This document shows, in pieces, positions 8,985 to 17,659 of a stretch of DNA of 64,000 bases (the first letter of the stretch is position 1; each line of letters begins with the position of its first letter). The notes beneath the pieces were generated by a model. The model worked only from the letters and a program-made list of their open reading frames with translations. It was not told the DNA's origin and did not search any database. The DNA lies in contig JBAYKO010000001.1 of NCBI GenBank assembly GCA_041664605.1, forward strand, positions 83,586 to 147,585. Direction: 5' to 3'. The translations under genes and the position numbers were made by a program. The DNA is from Minisyncoccota bacterium (GTDB taxonomy: Bacteria; Patescibacteriota; Minisyncoccia; Phycocordibacterales; UBA9973).

Positions 8985-9046
8985 TATTGACAGAATGTAA
9001 TTTCTTGTGCTAATCTTTAGTCAGAAATATTTTAAATGTTATTTAG

Positions 9047-9274
9047 ATGGATTCATTTTTGAAAATATTAAACAGTATTATATTTTATTTATTTGGGTTT
9101 GTTTCAGGAATGTTATTTATTGGTATTATGGTTGTTCTTTTAAAAGAAGACATCCCGCCAAAGGTTATTTTTGAAAATAAAGATTTTATTATTTTTGAAT
9201 ATCAAGGTGGATATATAAATCCAATTGAGAAAAATTACAGGGAATCATTCCAAAAAATCACCCCTCAGGGGTGA
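9047..9274 (+). CDS. Hypothetical small membrane protein (75 aa)
   Basis: N-terminal TM helix. Terminator-like hairpin TCACCCCTCAGGGGTGA at 9259-9276. Confidence 0.45.
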   Translation: MDSFLKILNSIIFYLFGFVSGMLFIGIMVVLLKEDIPPKVIFENKDFIIFEYQGGYINPIEKNYRESFQKITPQG

Positions 9275-9341
9275 TTTTTTATTGACAGTTTTTTAAAGCA
9301 TTTTTGAAATAATTTTTATTAAAATATGCTATACTCAAATT

Positions 9342-9842
9342 ATGCTATCGCGGAATTTGAGTATAGAAGACAAAATTTTAAAACTTTTATTTGAGCCAAA
9401 ATATCGATATAAGGGTATGTTTGTCAGTACACTCGGTTTACCAGCCGTTTTTAAAAACAAAAAACAATCTATTACTAATGCTATTTATCGACTAAAGAAA
9501 GAAAATTATATCTTAAAAGAAGATAAGTGTATTCGAATACTTCCTAGGGGGGTAAAATATATTGAGAATAAAAAAAGCCGGCTTTTAATTTTTAATTCAT
9601 TGTATAAAAAAGGAGCACCCAAGAACCTATTAATTATGTTTGATATTCCAGAGATCAAAAAAGCCGAAAGGGAATGGTTTCGTTTTCACTTACGGAAGTT
9701 CGATTATTATATGATTCAAAAAAGCGTTTGGATTGGTCCTTCACCTTTACCGAAAGATTTTTTAGATTATTTAAAAGAAATTAAACTTGAAGAATGTATA
9801 AAAACATTCAAACTAGCCAAATCATTTAATACTCAAACTTAG
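9342..9842 (+). CDS. PadR-like winged-helix N-domain fused to a Cas2-like (VapD/Cas2 fold) C-domain; hypothetical regulator/nuclease
   Basis: The N-terminal about 90 aa resembles PadR-type wHTH. The C-terminal LLIMFDIPE...REWFRFHLRKFDYYMIQKSVW matches the Cas2 beta1 (hhhYDI) and RxxhxKxLxxyGxRhQxSVF signature. Confidence 0.5.
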   Translation: MLSRNLSIEDKILKLLFEPKYRYKGMFVSTLGLPAVFKNKKQSITNAIYRLKKENYILKEDKCIRILPRGVKYIENKKSRLLIFNSLYKKGAPKNLLIMFDIPEIKKAEREWFRFHLRKFDYYMIQKSVWIGPSPLPKDFLDYLKEIKLEECIKTFKLAKSFNTQT

Positions 9843-9886
9843 CTACCGCAAAGTTTGAGTATTAAAATTAATAATGATTAATTTCA

Positions 9887-10501
9887 TTATTGACGATTTT
9901 TTAATGCATTTTTTATTGTATCACTATCAGAATATTCAAGTTCTGTGCCAGTAGAAAGTCCACGTCCTAAACTTGAAATTTTAAAAGAATATTTTTCTTG
10001 AAGTGGTGATAACATTTTTCTTATATAGATATCTGTATGTTCGCCGTGAGGATTTAAAGACATTGCAATTATTATTTCTTTTAATCCATTTTCTTTCAAA
10101 TCCTTCTCTACTCTTTGTAACAATTCTCTAATGCGAATTCTTTTCTCTGTATCTTTTTCTGTGATTGGAACAAGTCCTCCTAATATAAAATAATTTCCAC
10201 CATAAGTTCCACTTTTTTTCATACTTTCATAATCAGCGTCTTTTTCAATAACCATAAGTAGTGATTTGTCTGTATTTTTTCCAATACATATTTCACAAAA
10301 TTCTCTATCAGGATATTCGAAGTGCTTAAAACACATTTTACATTGAGAAGTTTGTTTTTTTAATTCAGAAATTAGATGCGTGAGTTCACTCACATAATCT
10401 TTATTTGAGGATAAAAGAAAATAAACAAAACGCTTGGCTTGCCTTTCGCCAATTCCGGGGAATTTTGCAAAATATTGAGATAGTTTATCGATTGGATTCA
10501 C
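9887..10501 (-). CDS. recR: Recombination protein RecR
   Basis: HhH (FPGIGERQAKRF), C4 zinc finger (CKMCF...CEIC), Toprim domain. The ORF-track start at 10522 is a TTG inside the repeat element. A GTG at 10499-10501 directly follows the element, as in the other copies. Confidence 0.85.
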   Translation of the reverse strand: MNPIDKLSQYFAKFPGIGERQAKRFVYFLLSSNKDYVSELTHLISELKKQTSQCKMCFKHFEYPDREFCEICIGKNTDKSLLMVIEKDADYESMKKSGTYGGNYFILGGLVPITEKDTEKRIRIRELLQRVEKDLKENGLKEIIIAMSLNPHGEHTDIYIRKMLSPLQEKYSFKISSLGRGLSTGTELEYSDSDTIKNALKNRQ

Positions 10502-10645
10502 CCCATTAGAAATAGGAAACAATCAAACGACTGTTTGTTTGATTGTTTCCATAGCTTATTAATTGTTTTGATAAATTTATCGATTTCATTTTTTATATAA
10601 TTTTTATTTTAATATCTTAACTGATAGATTTCTAACGGGACTCAT
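10502..10645 (-). repeat. Start-codon-abutting inverted-repeat element, copy D (dnaB-recR spacer)
   Basis: Distal end CATGAGTCCCGTTAGAAATCT (rc of 10625-10645). Proximal end CCTATTTCTAATGGG sits immediately before the recR GTG. Internal sequence is about 80% identical to copy E. Confidence 0.75.
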
Positions 10646-10710
10646 GGCTGATTTTGTAAAATTCATTCTAAAGTTCTATAGAACTTTAGAATGAATGAAT
10701 TTATTTTCTT

Positions 10711-12105
10711 CTAGAAGTCTTCTAAACTCATACTACTACTCCCATTCATTGCTGGATTGCTTACATTGGTATTTTTTTCAACTGAAAGGAAACTTGTAGT
10801 TTTTTCATCAAAATAAAGTTCAATTTTTCCAATAGGGCCGTTTCTGTGTTTTTCTACTAGAATTTCTGCGATATTTTGTCTGTCAGAATCTTCTTTAAAT
10901 CTATCCTCTCTGTGAATAAACATAACAACATCGGCATCTTGTTCAATAGATCCAGAATCTCTCAAATCAGAGAGTTTTGGGCGTCCTCCGCGGGTTTCTA
11001 TGGCACGGGAAAGCTGGGATAGGGCAAGAACAGGGACATCAAGTTCACGAGCAAGACCTTTTAGGGATCTTGAAATTTCAGTAATTTGGTTAACCATAGA
11101 ATCATAGTTTTTACTCGTATTCATAAGTTGTAGGTAATCAACGACAATTAATCCAAGCTTATGTTCTAGTTTAAGTTTTCTGGCAATCGAACGCATTCTT
11201 GTTATTGAGTTTGAAGGGAAGTCATCGATAAAAATTGGCGCCTTAGAAAGTCTATCTAAGGAATCTCTTAATTTTTGAAATTCATGATCAGTGGAAAGTC
11301 TTCCCGTTCTTAAATTCCATGCGTTAACATGAGCTTCGGCTGCGAGCATTCTGTCTACTAATTGCTGAGCACTCATTTCAAGAGAAAAAATTCCAACTGG
11401 AATATTATATTTTGTTGCAGCAATACGAGCAATGTCTAGAGCAAGAGTAGTTTTACCAACAGATGGTCTAGCAGCTAAAATTATTAAATCAGAATTTTGG
11501 AAACCGGAAAGGATATTATCAAGATCAGGGAAGCCAGTCGGAACTCCGCGAAGTTTTCCTTTTGACTCATGAAGCATTTCGAGACGCTCCCATGCTTCAG
11601 TTAAAGTTTCTTTTATATTTATAAATTTTTGACTTTTTGGAGATGAAATAACAGAAAATATTTTTTTCTCAGCTAAATCTAAAATCTCATCAATATCGTC
11701 TTCTCCTTCTTTAAAACCAAGTTCAGAAACATAATCAGCAGCCTCTATTAAACTTCTCATTATAAATTTTTTATAAACTGTATCAGCATAATATTTTATA
11801 TTTGTAGATGCAGGAACTGTATTTGTAAGTTCTGTTAAATATGAACTCCCACCGATTTGTTCAAGCTGTTTTTTTTCTTTTAATCTAGTCGAAACAGAAA
11901 GAAGATCAATCGGGTCTCCTTTAGCTGAAAGATCGAGCATAATTTTATAAATATTTTTATGTTTTTCCGCATAAAAAGAATCAGGGAAAATAATATCACT
12001 GATTTCATTTATTGATCCTGGTCGAAGCATAATAGAACCAAGAACGGCTTTTTCAGATTCAATACTTTGAGGAGGAATTCTTAGATTTGATTTTTGCTGA
12101 ACCAT
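10711..12105 (-). CDS. dnaB: Replicative DNA helicase DnaB
   Basis: N-terminal DnaB domain, Walker A (GKTTLALDIARIAA), RecA-like core. 464 aa. Confidence 0.93.
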   Translation of the reverse strand: MVQQKSNLRIPPQSIESEKAVLGSIMLRPGSINEISDIIFPDSFYAEKHKNIYKIMLDLSAKGDPIDLLSVSTRLKEKKQLEQIGGSSYLTELTNTVPASTNIKYYADTVYKKFIMRSLIEAADYVSELGFKEGEDDIDEILDLAEKKIFSVISSPKSQKFINIKETLTEAWERLEMLHESKGKLRGVPTGFPDLDNILSGFQNSDLIILAARPSVGKTTLALDIARIAATKYNIPVGIFSLEMSAQQLVDRMLAAEAHVNAWNLRTGRLSTDHEFQKLRDSLDRLSKAPIFIDDFPSNSITRMRSIARKLKLEHKLGLIVVDYLQLMNTSKNYDSMVNQITEISRSLKGLARELDVPVLALSQLSRAIETRGGRPKLSDLRDSGSIEQDADVVMFIHREDRFKEDSDRQNIAEILVEKHRNGPIGKIELYFDEKTTSFLSVEKNTNVSNPAMNGSSSMSLEDF

Positions 12106-12243
12106 GTCAAAAGTTTAACATAAAGAGAAGGGGAGTAAAATTCAAAATGCTCAAAAACCTGTGACTAAGATGGGGAAAGAAATATTGACAAAATAAAGTA
12201 GTCTGATATATTATAATCAGAAAGTAATTTAAATATTATTAGT

Positions 12244-12549
12244 ATGAATATAGCTGATATAGGTTTAGCTGATAAAAAATTAGAAGAATTTTTTATTGAT
12301 AGCGTTTTACCTCAAGGAATAAATGAAGGAGGAAAACCAAAATTTCCCAGGGCTGAAAAATTTATCTCTAATAAGTCTAAACAGGATATTCTTACTCTTG
12401 CCGGTCTGTTTTACGGACAATGGGGGTATAAAATTAAAAAAGGATCAATAGATTCAATCTTTTATATACATCAGGAAGAACAAAAAATTTCTTGCATCCT
12501 AATTAATCCTTATGCTGGTGGAAACATGATTGAAATTAGCTCATCTTGA
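12244..12549 (+). CDS. Hypothetical protein (101 aa)
   Basis: ORF only. Confidence 0.4.
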   Translation: MNIADIGLADKKLEEFFIDSVLPQGINEGGKPKFPRAEKFISNKSKQDILTLAGLFYGQWGYKIKKGSIDSIFYIHQEEQKISCILINPYAGGNMIEISSS

Positions 12550-12633
12550 TACCTTGGCTATACACATAGAAACCCTCGAGAAATCGGGGGTTTTAATTTT
12601 GGGAATTTAACTCAATTTTGGTATTATAAAAGG

Positions 12634-13638
12634 ATGGAAAACAAAGAAAAAATCGTTTTAACAGGGGATAGGCCAACAGGAAAGCTTCATTTGGGTCATT
12701 ATATTGGCGCCCTTATTCAAAGAGTTGAATTACAAAAGAAATATAAGCAATTTGTTATGGTGGCTGATGTTCAAGCCTTGACCGACAATGCTGATAACCC
12801 AGAAAAAGTTAGAACTAATACTTTTGAAGTTACATTAGACAATCTAGCTGTTGGAGTTGATCCATCAAAGACTACTTTTTTTATTCAATCTCAAATTCCC
12901 GAACTCGCAGAACTTACTGTTTATTTTCTAAATTTAGTAACACTAGCTCGATTAAAAAGAAATCCAACAGTTAAAGATGAAATGAAGCAGAAAGGTTTCG
13001 GTGAAGATGTGCCAGTTGGTTTTTTGTGTTATCCAATTAGCCAGGCATCGGACATTTTGTCTTTCAAAGGAAATTTAGTGCCGGTTGGAGAAGATCAAGT
13101 TCCTGTTATTGAGCAAACAAATGAAATTGCAGAAAAGTTTAATAGTTTTTATGGAGAAGTTTTTCAAAAAGCAGAACCTCTTTTAACAAAAACCTCCCGA
13201 CTTGTTGGCATAGATGGAAAAGGAAAGATGAGTAAATCATTAGACAATGCAATTTATCTAGCTGATTCATCTGAAGTGATTGAAGAAAAAGTTATGTCTA
13301 TGTACACAGACCCAGACCATATAAAAGTAGAAGACCCTGGTAAGATCGAAGGTAATGTTGTTTTCACTTACCTAGATGCATTTGATACAGATAAAAAGGG
13401 ATTGGAAGAGTTAAAAGAAAAATATCAGAAGGGTGGAGTAGGGGACGTTCTAATCAAAAAAAGATTAATTGGGGTACTGCTTGAAATTTTAAATCCGATT
13501 CGCGAAAAAAGAGAATATTTAGAAAAAGATCCAAAGTATGTAATGGATATTTTAGAAGAAGGAACAAAGAAAGCTAGGAAGGTTGTTCAAGATACGCTCA
13601 AGGAAGTAAAACAAGCAATGAAGTTAAATTATTTTTAA
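12634..13638 (+). CDS. trpS: Tryptophanyl-tRNA synthetase
   Basis: HIGH variant (KLHLGHY), KMSKS (KMSKSLDN). About 334 aa, class Ic. Confidence 0.92.
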   Translation: MENKEKIVLTGDRPTGKLHLGHYIGALIQRVELQKKYKQFVMVADVQALTDNADNPEKVRTNTFEVTLDNLAVGVDPSKTTFFIQSQIPELAELTVYFLNLVTLARLKRNPTVKDEMKQKGFGEDVPVGFLCYPISQASDILSFKGNLVPVGEDQVPVIEQTNEIAEKFNSFYGEVFQKAEPLLTKTSRLVGIDGKGKMSKSLDNAIYLADSSEVIEEKVMSMYTDPDHIKVEDPGKIEGNVVFTYLDAFDTDKKGLEELKEKYQKGGVGDVLIKKRLIGVLLEILNPIREKREYLEKDPKYVMDILEEGTKKARKVVQDTLKEVKQAMKLNYF

Positions 13639-13659
13639 TTTTTCTTTTTTAGTAAATCT

Positions 13660-14514
13660 ATGTCTATAAAAAATAAAATTATTTTTTTTGTAATATTTTT
13701 TGTCATTCTATTTGGATTGTATACTCCGAACATTTTTGCTCAAACAGAAAACACAACCCCGGTCAATATTGGGTTTGTCCCTGGTAATATTTGGTATTCA
13801 CAAGATCCTTTTATGGAGGGTGATTTAATTAAAATTTACACACTGGTTTTTAATAATGGTAAGAACTCTATTTCAGGCACAGTTGAATTCTATGATAAAA
13901 ATGTAATTTTAGGAGATAAAAAATTTACACTTAAAGCCGGAGAAATTTTGCCAATTTATGTTGACTGGAAGGTTACTGCGGGAGATCATACTATGTCCGC
14001 AAAAATAATTGATTCTAAGATGGTTGTAAATAATACAACTGAATCTATCGTTTTAAAATATAGTCAAACAGACGAAGATGAGAGATTTGTTCCAAAAATT
14101 ATTCCTGCGAGCGAAAAAATTACAGACCAAACTAATAAACAAATAGAAAAAGTTACAAATTTTGTTTCTGAAAATACCCCTGCGTCTATAAAAGAACCTG
14201 TTATTTCAACTACAAAAAGTATTGAAGCTTTTAGAACAGATACTGCAGAAAAATTAGCTACTCAAAAAGAATCAACCCAAAAAGAAATAGAAGCTGTCGA
14301 TGAAAAAAGAGCTGAACAGTTAAAGAGTAATGGACAAGTTGATACTAGTACCAAAATAGAAAAACCACTCAAATATATAAAACTTTTTTTAATTAGTTTG
14401 TTTGCGTTTATTTTTAAAACAAAAGTAATTTTTTATCTATTAGCTCTTACTATTATTTTTTTAATTTTCAGATTTATTTTTAAGAAAATTTTCAAAAAGA
14501 AAAATGGTAAATAA
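13660..14514 (+). CDS. Hypothetical secreted/membrane-anchored protein (signal peptide plus C-terminal TM)
   Basis: N-terminal hydrophobic signal, C-terminal TM. Confidence 0.5.
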   Translation: MSIKNKIIFFVIFFVILFGLYTPNIFAQTENTTPVNIGFVPGNIWYSQDPFMEGDLIKIYTLVFNNGKNSISGTVEFYDKNVILGDKKFTLKAGEILPIYVDWKVTAGDHTMSAKIIDSKMVVNNTTESIVLKYSQTDEDERFVPKIIPASEKITDQTNKQIEKVTNFVSENTPASIKEPVISTTKSIEAFRTDTAEKLATQKESTQKEIEAVDEKRAEQLKSNGQVDTSTKIEKPLKYIKLFLISLFAFIFKTKVIFYLLALTIIFLIFRFIFKKIFKKKNGK

Positions 14515-14785
14515 GAATAATACACTATTTAGGATTCTTGCTGTAATATTTTTATTCATAAGTGTGTTATTTTTTCCTATCTGGATGACAATCCCACTTG
14601 GGATTATTTTTCTTTTTGTTTTTAATAATTTTTATGAATTTATAATACTTTCTTTGTTTAATGACTTGCTATATGGTGTGGAAGAACCAAGATTTTTCAC
14701 TATAAAATTTGTAACATTTTTAATTTCTTTAATTTTGTTTTTTGTGGTAAAAATACTGAAAAAGAAGATAAAATTTTACAGATAA
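14504..14785 (+). CDS. Hypothetical small membrane protein (3 TM)
   Basis: Highly hydrophobic 93 aa. Confidence 0.45.
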   Translation: MVNKNNTLFRILAVIFLFISVLFFPIWMTIPLGIIFLFVFNNFYEFIILSLFNDLLYGVEEPRFFTIKFVTFLISLILFFVVKILKKKIKFYR

Positions 14786-14791
14786 AACATT

Positions 14792-14935
14792 ATGAGTCCC
14801 GCCCGAAATCAATCAGTTAATATATTTAAATAAAAATTAAAATTACAATGAAATCAATAAATTTTGGAAAACAATCAATAAATTACGGAAATGCCAAAAC
14901 AGCTACTTGTTTAGGCATTTCCTATTTCTAACGGG
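14792..14935 (+). repeat. Start-codon-abutting inverted-repeat element, copy E (upstream ORF-PBP2 spacer)
   Basis: Begins 6 nt after the upstream stop codon with ATGAGTCCCGCCCGAAAT (degenerate distal repeat). Ends CCTATTTCTAACGGG directly before the PBP2 ATG. Internal hairpin GGAAATGCC...GGCATTTCC. Confidence 0.75.
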
Positions 14936-16636
14936 ATGAGAATATTCAAGAAAAAAAGAAAAATCTTTGAGATTGCTCCAGATGAAATATTTTTAGATTC
15001 AAAAAATATACCCCAATTTAATACCCAACAGATGGAGGGTAAAATTGAAAAACCAATCTCTAAAAAAACAACTGCTTTCCTGTGGTTATTTTTTCTCATA
15101 GTTATAAGTATTTTTACTTGGAAAATTTCAGCACTTCAGCTTGTAAAAGGTGAGTATTATTTTAAAAAAAGCCAAGATAACAGTTTAAATAGAAAAATTA
15201 TCTTTGCTGATAGGGGAATAATTTATGACAGGAATAATGTAAGACTTGCATGGAATAGTGAAATAATGGGTGACACTGGAGATATTAGTGAGAAATTTTT
15301 ACTTAGATCATATATAAAATCTCCAGGGTTATCTCATGTACTAGGATATGTTAGCTACCCTAAAAAAGATAAATCGGGAAATTACTGGAGAGAAGTATTT
15401 ACTGGAAAAGATGGCGTTGAAAAAAAATACGACAATATTTTAAAAGGAGAAAATGGTGAAAAACTTTTAGAAAAAGATGCCCTTAATACTATTCAGTCTG
15501 AGAGCGTTGTTAATCCATCTAAAAATGGTGATAATGTTGTTTTAAGTATTGACTCAGGAGTTCAAACAAAACTTTTTGAAGCTATAAAAAGTCTAGCAGG
15601 ATCTTCTTCTTATGTTGGTGGAGGTGGGGTTTTAATGGACATAAATAATGGAGAAATTTTAGCTATTACGAGTTACCCAGAATATGATTCCGAAATTATG
15701 TCACTAGGCAGTGATTCAAATACAATTGGAGATTATCAAAAAAGTAGTAGAAAACCATTTTTAAACAGAGCTTTAAATGTCTATGCTCCTGGATCTATTG
15801 TAAAACCCTTTATTGCTATGGGGGCATTAAATGAGCAGGTCATTGATCCATTAAAAAAAATATTAAGCACTGGATCTATTTCAATTCCTAATCCATATTT
15901 TCCAGATAAGCCATCTATTTTTAAAGACTGGAAGGCTCATGGTTGGGTAGATATGCGTCGTGCACTTGCAGTATCTTCTGACGTTTATTTTTATGAAGTT
16001 GGAGGGGGATACAAAGATCAAAAAGGTTTAGGAATTGTAAACATAGATAAGTATATGAAAATGTTTATGGTGGGAGAAAAAACTGGAGTTGATTTATATG
16101 GAGAAAATGAAGGAGTAATACCAACCCCAGAATGGAAAGAATTGAATTTTAATGGTGACCCATGGAGGGTTGGAGATACTTATCATACCTCAATTGGGCA
16201 ATATGGATTTCAGGTTTCCCCAATTCAAATGGTGCGTGCTATTTCTGCTATAGCAAATGACGGCACCCTTGTTTCTCCTCATGTTGTTTTGGGAGATAAA
16301 AATTTTGAAAATAAAACTGAAAAAATTGAATTAAATACAAGTTATTTTGATATTGTAAAAGAGGGGATGAGAGGAGTCGTAATGCCAGGAGGAACAGCTA
16401 CAATGCTTGATGTTCCTTATGTTAAAGTGGCAGCTAAAACTGGTAGTGCCCAAGTTGGAATTTCAAAAAAAAATATGCACGCCTGGGTTATAGGATTTTT
16501 CCCTTATGAAAAACCAAGATATGCTTTTGCAGTTTTAATGGAAAGTGGGCCATCTCAAGGAGCATCGGGAGCTCAATATGTAATGAGACAAGTTCTTGAT
16601 TGGATGAGTATAAATGCTCCGGAATATTTCAAGTAA
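14936..16636 (+). CDS. Class B penicillin-binding protein (PBP2/FtsI-type transpeptidase)
   Basis: N-terminal TM and dimerisation domain. Transpeptidase motifs SxxK (GSIVKPF), SSD (SxN), KTGS (KTGSAQ). Confidence 0.88.
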   Translation: MRIFKKKRKIFEIAPDEIFLDSKNIPQFNTQQMEGKIEKPISKKTTAFLWLFFLIVISIFTWKISALQLVKGEYYFKKSQDNSLNRKIIFADRGIIYDRNNVRLAWNSEIMGDTGDISEKFLLRSYIKSPGLSHVLGYVSYPKKDKSGNYWREVFTGKDGVEKKYDNILKGENGEKLLEKDALNTIQSESVVNPSKNGDNVVLSIDSGVQTKLFEAIKSLAGSSSYVGGGGVLMDINNGEILAITSYPEYDSEIMSLGSDSNTIGDYQKSSRKPFLNRALNVYAPGSIVKPFIAMGALNEQVIDPLKKILSTGSISIPNPYFPDKPSIFKDWKAHGWVDMRRALAVSSDVYFYEVGGGYKDQKGLGIVNIDKYMKMFMVGEKTGVDLYGENEGVIPTPEWKELNFNGDPWRVGDTYHTSIGQYGFQVSPIQMVRAISAIANDGTLVSPHVVLGDKNFENKTEKIELNTSYFDIVKEGMRGVVMPGGTATMLDVPYVKVAAKTGSAQVGISKKNMHAWVIGFFPYEKPRYAFAVLMESGPSQGASGAQYVMRQVLDWMSINAPEYFK

Positions 16637-16675
16637 GTTCATAAAGTTATAAAGTTCGTAAAGTTTATAAAGTAA
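16637..16675. repeat. Short tandem TATAAAGTT-like repeats immediately after PBP stop
   Basis: GTTCATAAAGTTATAAAGTTCGTAAAGTTTATAAAGT. Similar arrays at 20245-20260 and 54066-54090. Confidence 0.6.
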
Positions 16676-16700
16676 AAAACCGCCGGTTGGCGGTTTTTAG
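16674..16700 (+). terminator. Rho-independent terminator (CCGCCGGTTGGCGG + T-run)
   Basis: Stem 16680-16693 followed by TTTTTAG. Confidence 0.8.
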
Positions 16701-16738
16701 AGTTAAAAAATTAACTTTAATTTTTGTCTAAGCAATTA

Positions 16739-17107
16739 TTAAACTGGTGACTGTGTAGCAAGAAAATCAGTAAAATCCTTTCTTATCGCATTATTTTTTA
16801 CAACCACCTTAATACCATATTTTAAAGCAAGAATTATTTCTTCTTTCATTCCATCACTGAGGATTCTCCCATAAAGCCATAATTCATCAACCATACCTCG
16901 TCTGAAATATTCAATAGCTACTTTTTTAGCTAGGTTTTTAGATATCTCATCTTTTCCCAAATATTGTCTCCAAACAAAACTTGGAAAAATTGGAATGATT
17001 TTTCCAGATAAATGTAGTTGTTTACATATCTGTATCACTTTTTTAATATTTGCTTCAATATCTCCCGATATTGTGTGAGCGATAAATACTGTTTTCATTT
17101 TTCCCAT
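16739..17107 (-). CDS. DUF4406/nucleoside 2-deoxyribosyltransferase-like protein (start probably at MGKMKT)
   Basis: MKTVFIAHTISGD...ELWLYG...GMKEE pattern of the Rossmann-like deoxyribosyltransferase fold. The ORF-track start at 17191 sits inside a neighbouring terminator hairpin. Confidence 0.5.
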   Translation of the reverse strand: MGKMKTVFIAHTISGDIEANIKKVIQICKQLHLSGKIIPIFPSFVWRQYLGKDEISKNLAKKVAIEYFRRGMVDELWLYGRILSDGMKEEIILALKYGIKVVVKNNAIRKDFTDFLATQSPV

Positions 17108-17177
17108 ATAAAAAACATTTAAACTATCTGCACAAATAATAACAAAAAATATTAATTTTGTCAAACAAAAACCGCTG

Positions 17178-17561
17178 TTAAGCGGTTTCATTTTGAATAA
17201 CTTTACGATAATCCTCTTTAGTGAAATCCCATTCCCATGAAATACCTTTTTTCTTCCATCTTCCTTTCAGATAAATTCGATAAAATCTGGTTGATGTAAA
17301 GATTACAAAGCCTGATCCTAAAATATAAGGCCAAACAATAGGTAAAATTTGAACAAAGAGAATTACACAAACCAAGGAACAAAATTGAAAAACAAAAACA
17401 ATAAAATTAAAAGGTTCATTGTCTTGTAAGCTCCTTTTTGCGTAAACAAAAGCGAAAAATAAAGAAACAATGCCCAAGATAACCAAAAGAACAAAAAGAG
17501 CATAGTCTTCAAAAGTTAAAAGATCAAAATTACAGATTTTCATATAATTAATATTTAACAA
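17178..17561 (-). CDS. Hypothetical membrane protein (2-3 TM plus cytoplasmic tail)
   Basis: Hydrophobic N-half, basic C-tail. Confidence 0.5.
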   Translation of the reverse strand: MLNINYMKICNFDLLTFEDYALFVLLVILGIVSLFFAFVYAKRSLQDNEPFNFIVFVFQFCSLVCVILFVQILPIVWPYILGSGFVIFTSTRFYRIYLKGRWKKKGISWEWDFTKEDYRKVIQNETA

Positions 17562-17659
17562 ACTTCTGAGGGGAGTTTAGCATATTTAATATAGTTTGTC
17601 AAGTAAAAAATAATCTCAAAATCCTTTTAAATCAGGCCTAAATTTTATATAATAATAAA

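Noticed and set aside
9342-9842. Calling a CRISPR-Cas locus on the basis of the Cas2-like domain
   Set aside because: There is no repeat-spacer array, no cas1 or other cas gene in the window, and the N-terminal fusion to a wHTH is atypical. Reported only as a Cas2-like fold protein.
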